Source: Terriglobales bacterium (GTDB lineage: Bacteria; Acidobacteriota; Terriglobia; Terriglobales; SCQP01). Taken from it: a DNA stretch of 64,000 bases. Positions 57,650 to 64,000 of the stretch are shown piece by piece. A program made the translations under genes and the position numbers. Positions within the stretch are counted from its first letter, which is position 1. Each line of letters opens with the position of its first letter. Below the pieces are notes generated by a model, which saw nothing but the letters and a program-made list of their open reading frames with translations, did no database searches and was not told the origin of the DNA. The stretch covers positions 16,209 to 80,208 of the forward strand of contig JBOGKX010000142.1 in the NCBI GenBank assembly GCA_050746125.1, in the 5' to 3' direction.

Positions 57650-58510
57650 TTACCCGGTGATTTCCATCCGTGATAGCCGCTCGATGCGCTTGGGAATGGG
57701 GGGGTGAGTGGAAAACAAGTTGGCGATCCATTCCCGTGTAACCGGCTGAATAATGAACAAGTGTGCGGTCGAAGGAGTGGCCAGCATGGGCCGGCGCCGC
57801 GAATTCGCTTCCAGCTTTTCGAGAGCGCGCGCCAAGGCGGCGGGATCGCCGGTCCACTTTGCGCCGCTGGCATCGGCCGCGTATTCGCGGGAACGGGAAA
57901 TGGCTAGCTGAATTAGCATGGCGGCGATCGGCGCCACGATCATTAGTGCCAGGGCCCCCAATATTCCGCCCTCCTCGCCGTCGCGCTCGCCGCCAAATCC
58001 GCCGAACAGCGCCGCCCAGCCGGCCATCCGCGCCAGCAGCATGATGGCGCCGGCAATCGTGGCGGCAGTCGAGCTGATCAAGATATCGCGATTACGCACG
58101 TGGCCGAGTTCATGGCCCAGCACGCCCTGCAGTTCCGCGTCGTCGAGCAAATCCAAAATGCCGCGCGTGACCGCGACCGAGGCGTGCCGCGGATTGCGGC
58201 CGGTGGCGAAGGCGTTGGGGGCATCGGTGGGGATCACGTAAACCTTCGGCATGGGCAGATTTTCCCGCGCCGTCAGGCCTTCGAGGATGCGATAAACGCG
58301 CGGCACTTGCTCGCGCGTAGCCGGCTGCGCGTTGTAGGTGGACAACGCGATCCTGTCGGAGAAAAAGTAGGCGCTGAAATTCATCGCCGCCGCCAGCACC
58401 AAGGCGATGATCAGCCCCACTTGCCCGCCCAGCGAGTTGCCGATCAGCAGCAGCACTACTGTCAGCAGCGTCAGCAGCAGCGTTGTTTTGAATACCTGCA
58501 TTCCCCGCAT
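57650..58510 (-). CDS. htpX: Membrane zinc metalloprotease HtpX (M48B)
   Basis: 286 aa. Two N-terminal TMs, then NAFATGRNP and the HEXXH motif GVLGHELGHVRNRD. Two more TMs follow, then EYAADASGA and the C-terminal STHPPIPKRIERL. Confidence 0.92.
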   Translation of the reverse strand: MRGMQVFKTTLLLTLLTVVLLLIGNSLGGQVGLIIALVLAAAMNFSAYFFSDRIALSTYNAQPATREQVPRVYRILEGLTARENLPMPKVYVIPTDAPNAFATGRNPRHASVAVTRGILDLLDDAELQGVLGHELGHVRNRDILISSTAATIAGAIMLLARMAGWAALFGGFGGERDGEEGGILGALALMIVAPIAAMLIQLAISRSREYAADASGAKWTGDPAALARALEKLEANSRRRPMLATPSTAHLFIIQPVTREWIANLFSTHPPIPKRIERLSRMEITG

Positions 58511-58628
58511 GTTCGTTCCCTTTAATTATGCTCTGTTCATTCGATGATCCCGCTCCGCCCGCGACGCCGCAAAGCTCGCGGTGTCCTCTGGCGCCGGGCA
58601 GAGCAGGCGAGCCCGCGCCACCGCGGCT

Positions 58629-61265
<2,637 letters not shown>

Positions 61266-61293
61266 AAAAACCGGGGGGCGCGAGCCGCCCCCC
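61266..61293 (-). terminator. Intrinsic-terminator-like hairpin + U5 between hsp20 and clpB, ending at the clpB AUG
   Basis: The reverse strand reads GGGGGGCG-GCUCG-CGCCCCCC-GG-UUUUU-AUG(clpB). That is an 8-bp all-G/C stem, a 5-nt loop and a U5 tract immediately 5' of the clpB start codon. Confidence 0.55.
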
Positions 61294-61326
61294 TTCCTTC
61301 CCTAGATGTTAGGCCCGCATTTGGGA

Positions 61327-61758
61327 TTAGGAGTTCGTGCCGGCGCCCACGCGCACTTGGATGACACGGGGCTTGCTCTCCTCCCGCTTCGGCAGGGTGA
61401 TGGTCAGCACGCCGTTTTTCAGCTTGGCCGCGACTGCCTCCACGTTGACGTAGTCGGGCAGCGAGAAAACGCGAAGGAATGCGCCGTAACGCAATTCCGC
61501 GCGGCGGAAAGTCTCCAACCCCGCGCTGGGTTTGCGCTCGCCGCGTACTGTGAGTTGGCCTTGTTCGACGCGCACCTCGAATTCGTTTTGTTCGACGCCC
61601 GGCACGTCCAACTCGAGCACCAACTGCTGGTCGTTTTCATGGATCGCCGTCGCCGGCGTCCACTCGTCCTGCGCATCTGGCAGCGCCGGCAACCGCTGCT
61701 CGAACAGCTGGTTCATGTGCTCCTGCCAAGTCTTCAACGGAAAAGCTAATGTGGTCAT
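61327..61758 (-). CDS. Hsp20/alpha-crystallin family small heat-shock protein
   Basis: 143 aa. The alpha-crystallin domain runs PATAIHENDQQLVLELDVPGVEQNEFEVRVEQGQLTVRGERK...RYGAFLRVFSLPDYVNVEAVAAKLKNGVLTITLPK. GGGAGG lies 6 nt upstream of the ATG. Confidence 0.92.
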   Translation of the reverse strand: MTTLAFPLKTWQEHMNQLFEQRLPALPDAQDEWTPATAIHENDQQLVLELDVPGVEQNEFEVRVEQGQLTVRGERKPSAGLETFRRAELRYGAFLRVFSLPDYVNVEAVAAKLKNGVLTITLPKREESKPRVIQVRVGAGTNS

Positions 61759-61782
61759 TGCAAACCTCCCGGGGTCTTAATT

Positions 61783-61816
61783 GACTACAGTGAAATCATA
61801 AAATATGACTGTAGTC
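61783..61816. promoter_or_regulatory. Perfect inverted repeat GACTACAGT-N16-ACTGTAGTC overlapping the hsp20 promoter (candidate repressor operator)
   Basis: The arms are at 61783-61791 and 61808-61816. On the coding strand one arm fills the -35/-10 spacer and the other begins 3 nt after the -10, covering the likely TSS. Confidence 0.5.
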
Positions 61817-61823
61817 TTGTCAA
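61795..61823 (-). promoter_or_regulatory. Near-consensus sigma70-type promoter of hsp20: TTGACA-N17-TATGAT
   Basis: The reverse strand reads TTGACAagactacagtcatatttTATGATttcactgtagtcaattaagaccccGGGAGGtttgcaATG. It lies in a locally AT-rich patch. Confidence 0.6.
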
Positions 61824-61888
61824 TATCAGATCGAAAAATACTTTCCCTTTGTTTTCATGGCGTTACATGATTCGTCGAGGCTTGCTCG

Positions 61889-63061
61889 CTAGCGCACGAG
61901 CAGAATGAGGCACTTCAGGTACTGGGTTTCGGGAAAGCCTGCCAAGACGGGATGATCGAGGGACTGGGTACGGCGCTCGAGCAGCACCAGTGAGCGGCCG
62001 GCATCCACGGCGGCGGCTAGCACAACATCGAAAAAGGCAGCTTCTTCCAGGTTGTGCGAGCAGGAGCAAGTGACCAGAATGCCGCTCGCATGCAGAATTC
62101 GCAGCGCGCGAAGATTGATTTCCTTGTAGCCGCGCAACGCGGCGGCGAGGGCGGCGCGGTTCCTGGCAAAGCCGGGAGGGTCAAGCACCACCATATCGAA
62201 TTTTCGCCTGCTCTCGTCGTAGTGTCGAAGCAAGTCGAAGGCGTTGGCCTCGATCCACTCGACCGTATCGAGGCTGTTTGCTTGCGCGTTGCGTTCGGCG
62301 GCCTCGAGCGCGGGGCGGGATAAATCGGCGGCGGCGACTTGGGCTCCCGCGCGCGCCAGGTGCACGGCGAAACCGCCCTGGTAGGTGAAGGCGTCGAGTG
62401 CCTCCGCGCCGGGGCGCGTGTAGCGGGCGGCGGCAGCCCAGTTTTCGCGCTGATCGAGAAACCCGCCCGTCTTTTGCCCCGCCAGCAGATCGAAGCCGAA
62501 GCGCAGGCCGTTGATTTCGGCTGTGGCCTGAGCCGACTCGCCATATAGCAGGCCAGCGCGCGCTTCGAGCCGTTCGAGCCTGCGAAGACGAGTGTCATTG
62601 CGTTCGATGATGGCCTGCGGATGCAGCCAATCGCGCAGCCACGCGACGACGGCGCCTTGTCTCGCTTCCATGGCCGCGGTCAGGGACTGCACGGCCAGAG
62701 CCGCGCCGTAGCGATCCACGATCAGCCCGGGCAGGCCGTCGGCCTCGCCCGCCACCAAACGATAGGCCTCACTGTGCGCGACGAAGCGCTGCCGGTAAGC
62801 CAGCGCCACGCGTAGGCGCTCATCCAGCCAGCCGGGCTCCAAGGCGGCCTCATCCCTAGTCAGCAGGCGCAAGGCGATTTGCGAATTGGGGCTGTAATCG
62901 GCCCAGCCCAGCGCGCCTCCGCGGCGCGTGGCCACCGCGACCGGCGCCTCGGGAGGGTGGCGCGAAGACGGCGCGAAGCCGAGCAGATCGTCGCGATAGA
63001 CCCAGCCGTGGCCGGCCGCCAAGCGCGCGGCGGCGCGGTCCCTAACGATGGCGGTGTGCAT
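61889..63061 (-). CDS. Class I SAM-dependent rRNA methyltransferase with N-terminal PUA-like domain (RlmI/RlmK family)
   Basis: 390 aa. GHGWVYRDDL (PUA-like), LLAGQKTGGFLDQREN, ALDAFTYQGGFAV, VLDPPGFARN and LVTCSCSH. Confidence 0.82.
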   Translation of the reverse strand: MHTAIVRDRAAARLAAGHGWVYRDDLLGFAPSSRHPPEAPVAVATRRGGALGWADYSPNSQIALRLLTRDEAALEPGWLDERLRVALAYRQRFVAHSEAYRLVAGEADGLPGLIVDRYGAALAVQSLTAAMEARQGAVVAWLRDWLHPQAIIERNDTRLRRLERLEARAGLLYGESAQATAEINGLRFGFDLLAGQKTGGFLDQRENWAAAARYTRPGAEALDAFTYQGGFAVHLARAGAQVAAADLSRPALEAAERNAQANSLDTVEWIEANAFDLLRHYDESRRKFDMVVLDPPGFARNRAALAAALRGYKEINLRALRILHASGILVTCSCSHNLEEAAFFDVVLAAAVDAGRSLVLLERRTQSLDHPVLAGFPETQYLKCLILLVR

Positions 63062-63085
63062 TGCCCAATGGCGGGAGCGCGGGAG

Positions 63086-64000
63086 CTAGGCGTAAATCCC
63101 GCGCAATTTGATGGTGAAGGCGACTCGGTCGATGGCCAGCATGTAAGCGGCGATGCGATTGTTCACCTGGTGCCGCTCGGCGTAGGCCACGACGTCTTGG
63201 AAGCTGGTTTCCATGATGTGCTGTAGTTGCTCGTTGACCTCGCTCTCTTTCCAGAAGTAGCCCTGGCGATCCTGCACCCACTCGAAGTAGGAAACGGTGA
63301 CGCCGCCGGCGTTGGCGAGGATGTCGGGAATGATGAAGATCTTTTTGTCCTGCAAGACTTCGTCGGCGGCCGCAGTCGTCGGGCCGTTGGCGCCTTCGCA
63401 GACGATCTTGGCCTGAATGCGGTCGGCGTTGCGGGTGGTGATCTGGTTTTCGGTGGCGGCGGGCAGCAGAATGTCGCACGGCATGGTGAGCAGTTCCGCG
63501 CGCGGCACCGCCTCGGCGTTCGCGAAGCCTTGCAGCGTGCCATTGGCGGCGCGGTATTCGGCGAGTGCCGGCAAGTCCAGCCCCTTGGGGTTGTACACGC
63601 CGCCGTCGAATTCATCGATGCCCACCACGAGATACCCCGCCTTGGCCAGCAGCCGGGCGGCGTTGCTGCCGACGTTGCCGAAGCCCTGCACGACCACGCG
63701 TGTCTTCGCCCGCTCCAACCCCAGCTTCTTGATCGCCTGATCGCAAACGATCATGCAGCCGCGGCCGGTGGCCTCGCGCCGGCCGCGCGAGCCGCCCAAG
63801 TCGAGCGGTTTGCCGGTGACGACGGCGGTGACGGTATGGCGCGCGTGCATCGAGTAGGTGTCCATGATCCAGGCCATCACCTGCTCGTTGGTATTCACGT
63901 CCGGGGCGGGCACGTCGCGCTCGGGCCCGATGAACTCCATCAACTCCGCCGTATAGCGGCGAGTCAGGCGTTCGAGCTCGCCCAGGGAAAGGATCTTCGG
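63086..64000 (-). CDS. Glu/Leu/Phe/Val dehydrogenase family (glutamate dehydrogenase-like), N-terminus beyond window edge
   Basis: [19 protein letters not shown] and [17 protein letters not shown] (NAD(P) Rossmann). The reading frame continues upstream of the track Met to position 64000 (...[23 protein letters not shown]). Confidence 0.88.
   Translation of the reverse strand, partial: PKILSLGELERLTRRYTAELMEFIGPERDVPAPDVNTNEQVMAWIMDTYSMHARHTVTAVVTGKPLDLGGSRGRREATGRGCMIVCDQAIKKLGLERAKTRVVVQGFGNVGSNAARLLAKAGYLVVGIDEFDGGVYNPKGLDLPALAEYRAANGTLQGFANAEAVPRAELLTMPCDILLPAATENQITTRNADRIQAKIVCEGANGPTTAAADEVLQDKKIFIIPDILANAGGVTVSYFEWVQDRQGYFWKESEVNEQLQHIMETSFQDVVAYAERHQVNNRIAAYMLAIDRVAFTIKLRGIYA

Overview
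GC-rich bacterial chromosomal segment, roughly two-thirds G+C by eye (not computed). The gene content suggests an Acidobacteria-like soil bacterium, but that is inference only. I can support about 50 tightly packed protein genes on both strands, plus one SRP RNA. I saw no rRNA, tRNA, CRISPR array, transposase or integrase. Most of the window is housekeeping: recG, aroK, gatB, murJ, ffs-dnaX-ybaB-recR, fabH, valS, mnmE, ychF and a gdh-like gene. It also holds a tyrosine/homogentisate catabolic operon (aminotransferase-hppD-hmgA-unknown-fahA) with a divergent Lrp regulator, a stress cluster (M48 peptidase, htpX, clpB, hsp20), an ECF sigma with an RsrA-like anti-sigma, and an exopolysaccharide-type locus (GT4, GT39-like, and a 1129-aa GH18-like/CE4/GT2 fusion). 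Points worth a second look: (1) an unrecognisable gene sits where maleylacetoacetate isomerase is expected in the tyrosine operon; (2) an A9 run lies in dnaX just after the clamp-loader core, and both shifted frames stop within 10 codons; (3) the hsp20 promoter is near-consensus and overlapped by a perfect 9-bp inverted repeat that is neither CIRCE nor HAIR; (4) a near-consensus promoter drives a ~350-nt compositionally atypical stretch that is either a structured RNA or an odd small ORF; (5) a Pycsar-effector-like small membrane protein lies between a TgpA-type transglutaminase and an HD-GYP sensor; (6) there are apparently inactivated enzyme homologues, namely an M1 peptidase without HEXXH and an SDR with YxxxM. 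No complete, clearly novel multi-gene system (for example a defence island) could be demonstrated from sequence alone. Many long ORFs in the supplied track are antisense shadow ORFs typical of high-GC DNA and were rejected. All family assignments come from motif recognition by eye, with no database search.
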